This document shows positions 7,933 to 16,649 of a DNA stretch of 21,367 nucleotides, in pieces; position 1 is the first letter of the stretch, and each line of letters starts with the position of its first letter. The translations under genes were made by a program, and so were the position numbers. The stretch covers positions 1-21,367 of the forward strand of contig JAJDDA010000248.1 in assembly GCA_029260535.1 (NCBI GenBank), written 5' to 3'. The notes beneath the pieces were generated by a model. That model ran no database searches, had not been told where the DNA came from, and saw only the letters and a list, made by a program, of their open reading frames with translations. This DNA is from Phycisphaerales bacterium. GTDB taxonomy: Bacteria > Planctomycetota > Phycisphaerae > Phycisphaerales > UBA1924.

Positions 7933-9255
7933 ATGAAACAAGAAGTAATCGGGCAATTCACACTGATCGCGCTGGTCGGCATCTTCGCAGCCCGAACATT
8001 CGCTGGCGATCCCTGCACGCCGCACTGGAATGAATCAATCGGGAACCCAGGCCCGAACGGCGAGGTCTTCGCATGGACCATCGACACCAACAACAACGCC
8101 ATCGCCGGCGGTGAATTCCTTGCCATCGGATCCGGCTCATTCAAAAACATCGCCAGCTGGGACGGCGCCTCGTGGTCGCCGCTCGGGAGCGGCTTCGAAG
8201 AGCGTGTCAACGCGCTCGAGATGTTCAACAACGACTGCTACGCCGCCGGCGTTTTCGTAACCGCTGAAGGCAACAGCGCGCCGCACATCGCACGATGGAC
8301 CGGCGCCGCATGGAACGATGTCGGAGGCGGCGCCGATAACGCCATCCTCGCCCTGACCACCTCATCAGTCAGCGGCGCAGAGGAACTCTACGCCGGAGGC
8401 CTCTTCCTCAACGCCGGAGGAGCCACCGCCAAAAGAATCGCCCGCTGGGATGGCGCATCGTGGTCCGCGCTCGGCTCTGGAGTAACCATCCCCGGTGAAG
8501 CCTCGGTGGTCTACGCGATCAAGGAATTCGACATCGGAGCAGGCCCCATGCTCGCCGTCGGTGGTCTCTTCACCGTCGCCGGTGGGCAGTTCGCATCCAA
8601 CATCGCAATCTGGGACGGCGCTGCGTGGTCACCGATGGGCGCAGGAGTTGACGGCGCGGTCCGTGCCCTCGCCGTATTCGACGACGGCGCCGGCCCCGCG
8701 CTCTACGCCGCAGGCGCCTTCGACACCGCAGGAGGCGCACCGGCCAAACGAGTCGCAAAATGGAACGGCTCTGTCTGGTCCTCGGTAGGGGGCACAGGCT
8801 CCTGGGGGATCGGCTCAACCGTCCGATCGCTCACGGTCTTCGATGAAGGCGACGGACCGGTCCTCCTCGCAGGCGGAGATTTCCTGCTCGCCGACGGGAT
8901 CAGCGCACAAAGGCTCGCCAGTTGGGACGGCGCGCAATGGACCGAAGCATTCGGAGGCGCCGATTCCAAGGTCTCCGCGATCGCAAGCAATACTGCGGCA
9001 ACAGAAACACAGCTGTTCATCGGGGGCGCCTTCACACAAATCGGTGCTCTCGCGTCCGACTCGGCCGGCGAATGGATCGGCTGCGCTACCGCCGGGATCG
9101 TCGGCGACCTGAACAACGACGGCACTGTCGACACCGCAGACCTCGGATCGCTGATCGCAAGCTTCGGAACCAGCGACCCAACCGCCGACATCAACGATGA
9201 CGGAATCGTTGATACCGCGGACCTTGGCCTCCTCATCGCGAACTTCGGCGCCTGA
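7933..9255 (+). CDS. Secreted Kelch-like beta-propeller repeat protein with a C-terminal dockerin repeat pair
   Basis: Start preferred at the ATG at 7933 (MKQEVIGQFTLIALVGIFAARTFAG signal peptide); the ORF is open from 7819. There are six tandem ~48-aa repeats with a GG doublet followed by a [SRK]W[DNT]G[AS]xW[ST]x[LVM]G motif, matching the Kelch/propeller blade pattern. The C-terminus has DLNNDGTVDTADLGSLIASFG and DINDDGIVDTADLGLLIANFG dockerin segments. Confidence 0.75.
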   Translation: MKQEVIGQFTLIALVGIFAARTFAGDPCTPHWNESIGNPGPNGEVFAWTIDTNNNAIAGGEFLAIGSGSFKNIASWDGASWSPLGSGFEERVNALEMFNNDCYAAGVFVTAEGNSAPHIARWTGAAWNDVGGGADNAILALTTSSVSGAEELYAGGLFLNAGGATAKRIARWDGASWSALGSGVTIPGEASVVYAIKEFDIGAGPMLAVGGLFTVAGGQFASNIAIWDGAAWSPMGAGVDGAVRALAVFDDGAGPALYAAGAFDTAGGAPAKRVAKWNGSVWSSVGGTGSWGIGSTVRSLTVFDEGDGPVLLAGGDFLLADGISAQRLASWDGAQWTEAFGGADSKVSAIASNTAATETQLFIGGAFTQIGALASDSAGEWIGCATAGIVGDLNNDGTVDTADLGSLIASFGTSDPTADINDDGIVDTADLGLLIANFGA

Positions 9256-9260
9256 AGGCC

Positions 9261-9290
9261 ACGTTTCGCGAGTCGATATTCGTTTTTTTC
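9261..9290 (+). terminator. Possible terminator (T7 tract) downstream of the Kelch/dockerin gene
   Basis: acgtttcgcgagtcgatattcgTTTTTTTc lies immediately after the TGA at 9253-9255. Only a weak or imperfect stem precedes the T-run. Confidence 0.3.
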
Positions 9291-9543
9291 TGGATGTCCC
9301 CATTGATCCAAAAGCATGGCTGTCACAACGATCCCAGCGGTTAGCGATCGCTCATGTCCCGCCTGTTCGGTGCCGCGGACACCCCAGAAGTGCAATTCAT
9401 CGAACGGCGCTGCCAACAATGTAGGCCCAAGGGATCCCGCACCCCGAGTCACGATCAATCAACCGATGGGCAGGAGGCCCGACTCACTCTCGCGCAGGAT
9501 CCCCGTTGAAGCGCAGTGATGCGCAGCAAAAGGAGACACGCTT

Positions 9544-11124
9544 ATGACCCCTATCCTCATCCTCGTAGGCTTTGCAATCGCAGTCGCGTTGCTCAGCACC
9601 ATCCCCAAACTCGGCAGCAACGGCGCCAAAGCGGGCGTCGCCGTGCTCGCGTTGCTCGTGCTCTTCGTCTTCGTCACCCTCAGCTCCGTGCGCTTCGTCC
9701 CCGACGGCAAGGTCGGCATCGTCGTGAAAAACGTCGGCGCCAAAAGCCTGCCCCAGGGCAAGGTCATCGCCGTCGATGGCGAGAAGGGCGCACAAGCCGA
9801 GGTCCTGATGCCCGGCTGGCACCCCTGGCTCTGGCCGGTGATCTACAACGTCGAACTCGAACCTTGGGTCACCGTCGCCGACGACGAGATCGCCCTGGTC
9901 ACCGCGTCTGATGGGGCGCCGATGCCCTCGGGCAACGTCTACGCCCCGGAGTGGACCGACGACGAATTCAGCGACATGCTCGACGCGCAGCACTTTCTAA
10001 CGAGCGGCAACGGAGTCAAGGGCCCCCAGACCTCGGTGCTCACGCCGGGCAAGTACGCCGTCAACACCAGGCTGTACCAGATCGAGAAAGCCAGGGTCAT
10101 CAACGTCGCGCCGGCACAGGTTGGCGTGGTCAAATCCAACGTCGGCTCGCGCCCCGATTCGGGTGAAGCGAGCCCGATCGTCACCGAGGGCTACCGCGGC
10201 GTCTGGCGCGAGCCGCTCCAGCCGGGCAAGTACTACCTGCACACCAAGGCCTTCGAGGTCACGCTGGTCTCGACGGAAGAAAAAACCGTCCGCTTCACCG
10301 CCGCCGACGCCCAAGGTGAGCAGAGCGAGATCGAAGTGATCTCTTCAGACGGCTACAAGTTCCCCGTGGACGTGCGCGTCGAGTTCCGCATCGCTCCCAG
10401 CGACGCCGCAACCGTCGTGACCTCGTTCCAGGATGACGGCGCCAGGCTGGAAGTCCGCCTCAACTCCGTCGTTCGCGCCGTCTTCCGCAACAACGCCGAG
10501 AACGTCAAGGCGCTCGATTACGTGAAGCAGCGATCGGCACAGGAAGCCCAGTCGTCGAGGATGATCGCCGAGGCGATGACCGACTTCGGCGTCACCGTCA
10601 CCGGTGTCCGCATCGGTGATGTTGGCAACCAGGAGACGCTCGGCGAGCTGCTCAAGACGCAGACCGATCGCGAGATCGCGTTGCAGGAGCAGAAGACGTT
10701 CCAGGAGCAGCAGCGCGCCGCCGAACAGCGCAAGGCGCTCACGCGCACCCAGCAGGAGGCCGAGGAAGAGAAGCGCCTCGCCACCGCGCAGTACCAAGTG
10801 CAGATCGCCGAGCAGGAAAAACTGCAGGTCATCATCGCTGCGCAAGCAGGCGCTGAGGCGATCGCGATCGAAGCCAAAGCCCAGGCCGAGGCCTTCCGCG
10901 CCATCGCCGAGCAGATCGGTCGCGGCAACGCCGCGCTGATCGAATTGCTCAAGATCATCGGTGAGCGGGACATCCAGATCACACCCCGCGTCATGGTCGT
11001 CGGTGACGGCGGTGGCGCTGCGGGAGCGGAAACAACCGCGCTCATAGGCACCATGCTCGACTCGATGATCCGACAGCAGGACCAGCTCGATCCGGCAACC
11101 CTGAGCGACGCGGACAGCCGCTAG
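9544..11124 (+). CDS. Flotillin-like SPFH/Band-7 domain membrane protein (YqiK/FloT-like)
   Basis: 526 aa. Two N-terminal transmembrane segments, then an SPFH domain and a long Ala/Glu/Gln-rich coiled coil (EQKTFQEQQRAAEQRKALTRTQQEAEEEKRLATAQYQVQIAEQEKLQVIIAAQAGAEAIAIEAKAQAEAFRAIAEQIG) typical of bacterial flotillins. AAAGGAG lies ~8 nt upstream of the ATG. Confidence 0.85.
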   Translation: MTPILILVGFAIAVALLSTIPKLGSNGAKAGVAVLALLVLFVFVTLSSVRFVPDGKVGIVVKNVGAKSLPQGKVIAVDGEKGAQAEVLMPGWHPWLWPVIYNVELEPWVTVADDEIALVTASDGAPMPSGNVYAPEWTDDEFSDMLDAQHFLTSGNGVKGPQTSVLTPGKYAVNTRLYQIEKARVINVAPAQVGVVKSNVGSRPDSGEASPIVTEGYRGVWREPLQPGKYYLHTKAFEVTLVSTEEKTVRFTAADAQGEQSEIEVISSDGYKFPVDVRVEFRIAPSDAATVVTSFQDDGARLEVRLNSVVRAVFRNNAENVKALDYVKQRSAQEAQSSRMIAEAMTDFGVTVTGVRIGDVGNQETLGELLKTQTDREIALQEQKTFQEQQRAAEQRKALTRTQQEAEEEKRLATAQYQVQIAEQEKLQVIIAAQAGAEAIAIEAKAQAEAFRAIAEQIGRGNAALIELLKIIGERDIQITPRVMVVGDGGGAAGAETTALIGTMLDSMIRQQDQLDPATLSDADSR

Positions 11125-11169
11125 GCCCCGTTTTCGACTCGACAACGAGTGTTTTCAGCACAATGAAAG

Positions 11170-11213
11170 CGGCGGAGAGGGATTTCCTGTTCCTCTCCGC
11201 CGTTGTTGTTGTT
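11170..11213 (+). terminator. Rho-independent terminator downstream of the flotillin gene
   Basis: Perfect 11-bp stem cggcggagagg / cctctccgccg with an 11-nt loop, followed by ttgttgttgtt. Confidence 0.65.
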
Positions 11214-11256
11214 AGTGTAATGTAGGCGGGGCCCCCAACTTCATGGAGACAGAACC

Positions 11257-12822
11257 ATGATCAACCGCCGGTTGATTCCGATTATCGTTCCTCATTGCGC
11301 GATCGCAGCGCTCGCCATGTCCGCGCTCGCCGAAGTGCCGCCGAGGATCATGGAACTCGAAAAACCAGTGATCGCCGATCCCGTACAGGGAGCAACAACG
11401 ATCAACGGCAGAGCGCTCCATTACTTCGATAACTTTGAGCGGTACACGCGAAGCAACGATCCTATCTTCGACCGCTTCCAGGAAACCATGCACGCCGAAC
11501 ACAACGGCGCCGGCTCCTGGACCGCATTCGAAGAGGAGTACATCCCGACGCTCTTCGTCGAAGGACAAACCGACGCGAACGGTGATCCCGATCCCCTCCC
11601 GCGTTGGCAGGGCGCCGACCTCGTCATCAACACAGACCAACTGCTCGGCGACGTCTCCGGGGATCTCACCGTCGACACCACCGACCTCGGCGTATTGATC
11701 GGCTCGTTCGGGAATACCAACCCCGGCAATCCCGCCGACATCAATAACGACGGCGTCGTCAACACCGCCGACCTGGGGATGATGATCGCCGCCTTCGGCG
11801 ACACCCTCGGCCCATTCTGCATGTATCAGGTCGCGCTGGTGCGCGAAGTCACACCCGAGGGTGTCGTTCTCGATCATGGGCTGATCGACCAGAACCCCAC
11901 GCTCGGTGATGTCGTCGCGGTTCCCGTCTCTGATGGCGTCTGCGGCGCCTGCGACGACTACCGCTTCACGATCGACGGCGAAACCCAGCCGGTGTACGGG
12001 ACGTGGGACCTGCTCGACGCGAACGTGGCAACAGCGGAAGTCGCCGACTACCTCGCCAGCGCGATCACCCAGAATTGCGCCGGATGGGGCAACAACCCGA
12101 CCCTGACCTTCGCCAGGACCGAGTCCGACCTGATCGCGACCAACTGCTGCTTCTTCTCGCTCTTCTCGCCGATCGCGTTCCAGACCACCGCGACGCCGAG
12201 CGAAGACGTCGTCGTCAACATGGACCTCTACCTCACCGGGCACCAGTCCTTCCTCTGGCTCCAGAGCGCCAACAACTTCCTCGACATCGGCTGGGACGTC
12301 ATGCTCGGCGGCTATGTCCCCGCGCTCGATCCCAACCTCCAGCCCTTCGCCAACGCGGACGGGAACCTCGACCGCTTCGTTGTCAGGCAATCGTCGGTTG
12401 CTTCACAGACCCAGTTCGGCCTCTTCTTCGGGACCGTCCCCGACTTCGCCACCGGAGCAACCGGCAAGAAGGTCCTCCTCGGCGAATGGATGACCCTGCG
12501 CATGGTGCAGAAATGGAACTCCACCTTCGAGCTGTGGGTGAGAGACAGCGAGACCGCGCTCCTCGTCGATCCGAACCCGTCCAGCGACGCCGATGGCATC
12601 ACCCCCAACGGGTTCGCCAGGCTCGTCCCGGCAGGCCCCTACGGACCCGCGATCTGGAACCAGGCCTCGGGCGTCCCCGCGCCGAACCCGTTCCTGGTCG
12701 AGACGTCCTCGCTCCGGCAACTCCATTGGCTTTGGGGAGGCGACCCCTTCTCCTTCGAATTGCCAGACTACGAGCCGGCGAACTGGTTCATGGACAACAT
12801 CAGGATCACCGGCCCCTTCTGA
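11257..12822 (+). CDS. Secreted hypothetical protein with an internal dockerin type-I repeat pair
   Basis: 521 aa. Signal peptide MINRRLIPIIVPHCAIAALAMSALAEV. GGAG lies 8 nt upstream of the ATG. Dockerin segments DVSGDLTVDTTDLGVLIGSFG and DINNDGVVNTADLGMMIAAFG sit near residues 130-185. The large C-terminal domain has no recognisable family. Confidence 0.7.
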   Translation: MINRRLIPIIVPHCAIAALAMSALAEVPPRIMELEKPVIADPVQGATTINGRALHYFDNFERYTRSNDPIFDRFQETMHAEHNGAGSWTAFEEEYIPTLFVEGQTDANGDPDPLPRWQGADLVINTDQLLGDVSGDLTVDTTDLGVLIGSFGNTNPGNPADINNDGVVNTADLGMMIAAFGDTLGPFCMYQVALVREVTPEGVVLDHGLIDQNPTLGDVVAVPVSDGVCGACDDYRFTIDGETQPVYGTWDLLDANVATAEVADYLASAITQNCAGWGNNPTLTFARTESDLIATNCCFFSLFSPIAFQTTATPSEDVVVNMDLYLTGHQSFLWLQSANNFLDIGWDVMLGGYVPALDPNLQPFANADGNLDRFVVRQSSVASQTQFGLFFGTVPDFATGATGKKVLLGEWMTLRMVQKWNSTFELWVRDSETALLVDPNPSSDADGITPNGFARLVPAGPYGPAIWNQASGVPAPNPFLVETSSLRQLHWLWGGDPFSFELPDYEPANWFMDNIRITGPF

Positions 12823-12991
12823 TCCACCAGCTGCTATCCCCGCCACTGATCAGCCGTGCACCGAGCCGTGATTCTGTCCCCGCGCGCCGCTGGTCACCCG
12901 ATCCCAAGCGGCTAGGCTTGCGTCCACCCCCTTGGTCACCGTGAAGACCAGAGGGATTCACACGACACTGATTGACGACCGGAGCATCACC

Positions 12992-13462
12992 GTGCAGACG
13001 ACACTCATCATCCTCAAGCCCGACGCCGTCCAGCGAGGCCTCATGGGCCGGATCCTCTCCCGCTTCGAAGACAAGGGCCTCCAGATCGTCGGCTGCAAGA
13101 TGATCCAGATCCCGCAGGAGATGGCCGAGCGCCACTATTCTGATCACAAGGGCAAGCCCTTCTACGATGGGCTCGTTTCGTTCATGACCAGCTCGCCGGT
13201 GCTCGTCCTCGCGATCCGCGGCGTCGGCGCGATCGCGATCTGCCGCAAAATGATGGGCGCCACGTTCGGCTCCAACGCCGAAGGCGGAACCATCCGCGGC
13301 GACTTCGGTGTCTCCAACTCCTTCAACCTCATCCACGGCTCCGACAGCCCCGAGGCCGCCTCGAAAGAGATGGAACTCTTCTTCGGCGCCGGCGAGGTGC
13401 TGGATTGGGAGCGTGCCGGTGAAAAATGGGTCTACGACCTAAGCGGCGACGAGCCCGAGTAA
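12992..13462 (+). CDS. ndk: Nucleoside-diphosphate kinase
   Basis: Motifs TLIILKPDAVQRGL, ...YSDHKGKPFYDGLVSFMTSSPV..., NLIHGSDSPEAASKEMELFF (active-site His). The start is set at the GTG giving MQTTLIILKPD, with GGAG 7 nt upstream; the ORF is open from 12932 (TTG). Confidence 0.88.
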   Translation: MQTTLIILKPDAVQRGLMGRILSRFEDKGLQIVGCKMIQIPQEMAERHYSDHKGKPFYDGLVSFMTSSPVLVLAIRGVGAIAICRKMMGATFGSNAEGGTIRGDFGVSNSFNLIHGSDSPEAASKEMELFFGAGEVLDWERAGEKWVYDLSGDEPE

Positions 13463-13498
13463 GCGACCAGCTCTCGCACAAACCAAATTGAATGTTCG

Positions 13499-13527
13499 GA
13501 ATAACGCGCCGCGAAGGCGCGTTATTC
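13499..13527 (+). terminator. Perfect 12-bp inverted repeat with a GCGAA loop downstream of ndk (candidate terminator or regulatory hairpin)
   Basis: gaataacgcgcc-gcgaa-ggcgcgttattc, followed by 'att'. The downstream U-tract is weak. Confidence 0.4.
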
Positions 13528-13595
13528 ATTGCGCCGTATCGCGAGCGCCGATCCCGAGAGGTGTCTCGAAGATCAAAAGCAGGAGATCATGGATT

Positions 13596-14075
13596 ATGGC
13601 GAACACATCGCTCCCGAAGAAACTGAACATCACGAGCTGGATCATGCAGGGGCTCGTCGCGATCGTCTTCATCGCGATGGGCGCCATACCCAAACTCACC
13701 GGGCAGTACATGCCCGAGCAGATCTTCGAGCAGGTCGGATTGGGAAGCGCCGGGATGTACGCGACCGGAGTCGCCGAACTCGCTGTCGGGATCCTGATCC
13801 TCCTCCCAAAAACCAACTGGATCGGCGCCGCGCTGGGCGTCCTGGTCATGCTCGGCGCTATCGGTTCGCACCTCTTCACCGACCTCGGCATCTCACCGGT
13901 CTTCATCAACCCGGAGACGCAAGCCGAAGAGCCCATGCCGATCCTCTTCCCGATGGCGCTGCTGATGATGGGCCTGTGCCTCGGCGTCTTCGCGCTGCGC
14001 AAACTCCACCCCGCTTCAGCAGGTGATAGCGCAGCCGTTATCGAAGCCGATGCCCCCGCGCCCGACGCGGAATAA
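13596..14075 (+). CDS. DoxX family membrane protein
   Basis: 159 aa from the ATG at 13596 (MANTSLPKKLNITSWIMQGLVAIVFIAMGAIPKLTG...). AGGAG lies 10 nt upstream. There are four predicted TM helices, and the sequence pattern is typical of the DoxX/DoxD family. The ORF is open from 13488. Confidence 0.7.
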   Translation: MANTSLPKKLNITSWIMQGLVAIVFIAMGAIPKLTGQYMPEQIFEQVGLGSAGMYATGVAELAVGILILLPKTNWIGAALGVLVMLGAIGSHLFTDLGISPVFINPETQAEEPMPILFPMALLMMGLCLGVFALRKLHPASAGDSAAVIEADAPAPDAE

Positions 14076-14096
14076 ACGAACACAGCTCAAGATCAT

Positions 14097-15491
14097 TCAG
14101 GCGGCGTCCGGCTCTAAGGGCGCCGCTTTGTTTGTTGTCCCGTCATCAACAAGCGACCGCTTCGTCCAAGCGAGCGCCAGCGCGACACCGCCAAGCACCA
14201 GCGCGCCGACCGTCTGGTGCGAAGCGCCGAGCGCCAACCGGATCATCGGCGCACCGGACCGGTCCGGATACATCATCGCGACACCCAGCGCAACAATCCC
14301 AAGCAACATCTGCACGCCAACCAGTGCGAGAAGCACCTGCCCGATCCGCCGCAACGGCATCGGCGCGTTCTCAACCGAAGCGATCTTGCTGCAGACCGCA
14401 AACACGTGCCCGACCGCGACCAGCGACCACGCCGCGTGCGTGATCACCGAGTGCATCGAGAGCGTCTCGCCGCTGAAATGCCGGATCAAACCGCCGAGCG
14501 CGATCTGGATCAGCACAACAACTAGCGCGACCCACCCCAACCGCTTCAGCTTCTTGAAACCCTTGACAGGCGACGGCGCGTGCCCGTCGTTCCAGCGCAC
14601 CGTGAGCATCGCACCGAGCACAACGAGCAACGCAAAGATCCCCTGCGCCGCAACGCCGTGAAAAAGCGCCAGCACCCGGCTCGTCTCGGTGACGCGCAAC
14701 CCGCCAAGCACACCCTGCGCCGTGATCAACACAAAGACGATGACCGCGAGCCGCTTCGCCTTACCGCCCCGATCGCTCCGGAATGTCATGACCAGCAGCG
14801 CCAGCGCCGTCAATCCAACCAGCGCGCCGAAGAGCCGGTGCGTGTGCTCGAAGTACACCCCCCCGGTCATCCGCGCCAGCGGGAACAGGAACATGTTCGA
14901 ACCGAACGTGTTGGGCCAATCCGGAACCGCCATCCCCGAGTCCGATGTCGTCACCACGCCGCCAACAAACAGCAGGGGCAGCAGCACCACCGCCGTCATC
15001 GCGCCGAACCGCGCGAGCCATGAATCACGCGACTGTGAAAGCCCAGCCGTTGATGGCCAGACCCTCGCGCCGACCAACGCGCCCACCAGACCGACCACCA
15101 GCGAGTACCCAAGCCACCCGGCGACCACCAGCCCCGCCGCAGGCCGAGCGACCGTGTCATCCCCGGAAGTTTCAAACAGCAGCGACCCCAGGATCAGAAG
15201 ATTCAACAACCCCGTCGTCAGCCCCGCAATCAGGCCCGTTTTCTTGACCGATGCCGCCGGACCGAACCGCCCGGCGCCCAGCGCCCCGGCGATCTGCACC
15301 AGCATCAGCACGATCCCCACTCCAATCGAGGGAAGCGCAAGCCCAGGCAGGTGAAGGAGATAGCCAATCGACCACATCGCAGCACACGTCGCAAACCCGA
15401 TCGTGAGCCCGGCGCTGATCGGTGAATCACCGGTCCGGATGCTGGCAGTGGTGGGGGGCAAAGAGGCGCCGTTCTTCGTGGTGTTGGTCAT
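14097..15491 (-). CDS. ctaA: Heme A synthase (CtaA/COX15 family, type-2 lacking the Cys pair)
   Basis: Polytopic membrane protein with COX15 signature blocks GGVVTTSDSGMAVPDWPNTFG and YFEHTHRLFG (His ligands) in the first half, and a repeated His-containing helix pair (IRHFSGE...HSVITHAAWSLVAVGHVF) in the second. Start taken at the ATG at 15491 (MTNTTKNG...); the longest ORF begins at a GTG at 15605. Confidence 0.7.
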   Translation of the reverse strand: MTNTTKNGASLPPTTASIRTGDSPISAGLTIGFATCAAMWSIGYLLHLPGLALPSIGVGIVLMLVQIAGALGAGRFGPAASVKKTGLIAGLTTGLLNLLILGSLLFETSGDDTVARPAAGLVVAGWLGYSLVVGLVGALVGARVWPSTAGLSQSRDSWLARFGAMTAVVLLPLLFVGGVVTTSDSGMAVPDWPNTFGSNMFLFPLARMTGGVYFEHTHRLFGALVGLTALALLVMTFRSDRGGKAKRLAVIVFVLITAQGVLGGLRVTETSRVLALFHGVAAQGIFALLVVLGAMLTVRWNDGHAPSPVKGFKKLKRLGWVALVVVLIQIALGGLIRHFSGETLSMHSVITHAAWSLVAVGHVFAVCSKIASVENAPMPLRRIGQVLLALVGVQMLLGIVALGVAMMYPDRSGAPMIRLALGASHQTVGALVLGGVALALAWTKRSLVDDGTTNKAAPLEPDAA

Positions 15492-15638
15492 TGTGGCGAT
15501 GCTAGCCGCGCGATCAGGGCAGGCGATGGGAGCTTGCGCAGAATCAGTCTGTAAGTGCGACTTGGTCTCAATTGAATCCGGACCCCTATGCCCGACTTGA
15601 CACACCGCCCTTTGTTCGCAATCACTAGGGTCCAGCGG

Positions 15639-15651
15639 AAACCCCGGGGGT
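15639..15651. promoter_or_regulatory. 13-bp dyad-symmetric element AACCCC-G-GGGGTT in the ctaA / actA divergent promoter region
   Basis: Perfect dyad with a single central base. It lies in the 227-bp intergenic region between divergently transcribed ctaA and the ACIII operon. Confidence 0.25.
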
Positions 15652-15832
15652 TACATGATCGGGTGAGAATCGGCCCTGCGATCGAGTGTGGAGAGTTTTC
15701 CACCAGATTCGTTCGGGTCGCCGAAACGATACATTGGTCCCCAATCAGAATCGGCGCTCGGTCGTTATTTCGGCTTGGCGCTGTCGAGCAGCAAGGCGCA
15801 CACCGGCACGGTTGTCGGTGCAACGCATCAGG

Positions 15833-16585
15833 ATGTCAGGAGCCAACGTGTCGATCTTTCCGAAATGGGTGAACTCAATCCCAGCCTTTGCGCTCGTCTC
15901 CGTGGCGATCGGATTCGCCATCGTCGTAGGCGGCTTCTGGACCTACGCCACACCGGCGTACTGGGAAGTCGGCTACCAACCCGAACAACCCATCAACTAC
16001 AGCCACCAACTGCACGCGCAGGAACTCGGCATCGATTGCCGCTACTGCCACACCAACGTCGAAGATTCGCGCATCGCGAACATCCCCTCGACCAGCACCT
16101 GCATGAACTGCCACACGGTCGTCGATGACAAGTCCGGCTACCTCAAGAAAGCCAACTCCCTCGACGGCTCCACCCCGTCGGCGCACTTCGCCAGCCCCGA
16201 CCTCGCGGCGCTCCGCGAGGCCCACGAGTCCGGCATGCCGGTCAAGTGGAAGCGCGTCCACAAGCTCCCCGACTACGTCCAGTTCAACCACGCCGCCCAC
16301 CTCGACGCGGGAGTCAGCTGCATCTCCTGCCACGGCAGGGTCGATCAGATGGCCGTCGTTTACCAGCAGAAACCGCTCTCCATGAGCTGGTGCCTCGACT
16401 GCCACCGCAACCCGGCGCACGACCTCATCGACAAATCCCAGGGCGGCGTCACGAACCTCGCATGGGTCGAAGACACGCTCGCACAGGACGGCTACGCCGA
16501 CAACGCCGGCGCCAGCCTGGCGGCTTCCCTGAGCGACAACTCGCGCAGGACCCCGCCGACCCACTGCAGCGCCTGCCACTACTGA
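15833..16585 (+). CDS. actA: Alternative Complex III pentaheme cytochrome c subunit ActA (membrane-anchored)
   Basis: N-terminal TM anchor (IPAFALVSVAIGFAIVVGGFWTY) followed by five CxxCH motifs (CRYCH, CMNCH, CISCH, CLDCH, CSACH). It sits directly upstream of actB. An alternative start is the GTG at 15848, preceded by AGGAG with a 5-nt spacer. Confidence 0.82.
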   Translation: MSGANVSIFPKWVNSIPAFALVSVAIGFAIVVGGFWTYATPAYWEVGYQPEQPINYSHQLHAQELGIDCRYCHTNVEDSRIANIPSTSTCMNCHTVVDDKSGYLKKANSLDGSTPSAHFASPDLAALREAHESGMPVKWKRVHKLPDYVQFNHAAHLDAGVSCISCHGRVDQMAVVYQQKPLSMSWCLDCHRNPAHDLIDKSQGGVTNLAWVEDTLAQDGYADNAGASLAASLSDNSRRTPPTHCSACHY

Positions 16586-16649
16586 TCCAGCGCCGACATC
16601 GACAGCCGAACAGCACGACTACGACTCCCCCCGACCACCGACCAAAACT

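Noticed and set aside
11212-12390. 392-aa minus-strand ORF overlapping the 11257-12822 dockerin protein
   Set aside because: Glu/Gly/Val/Asp-rich antisense artefact. The plus-strand frame has a signal peptide, an SD and dockerin repeats.
13529-14026. 165-aa Arg/His-rich plus-strand ORF overlapping doxX in another frame
   Set aside because: Composition is not protein-like. The alternative frame gives a four-TM DoxX protein with a good SD.
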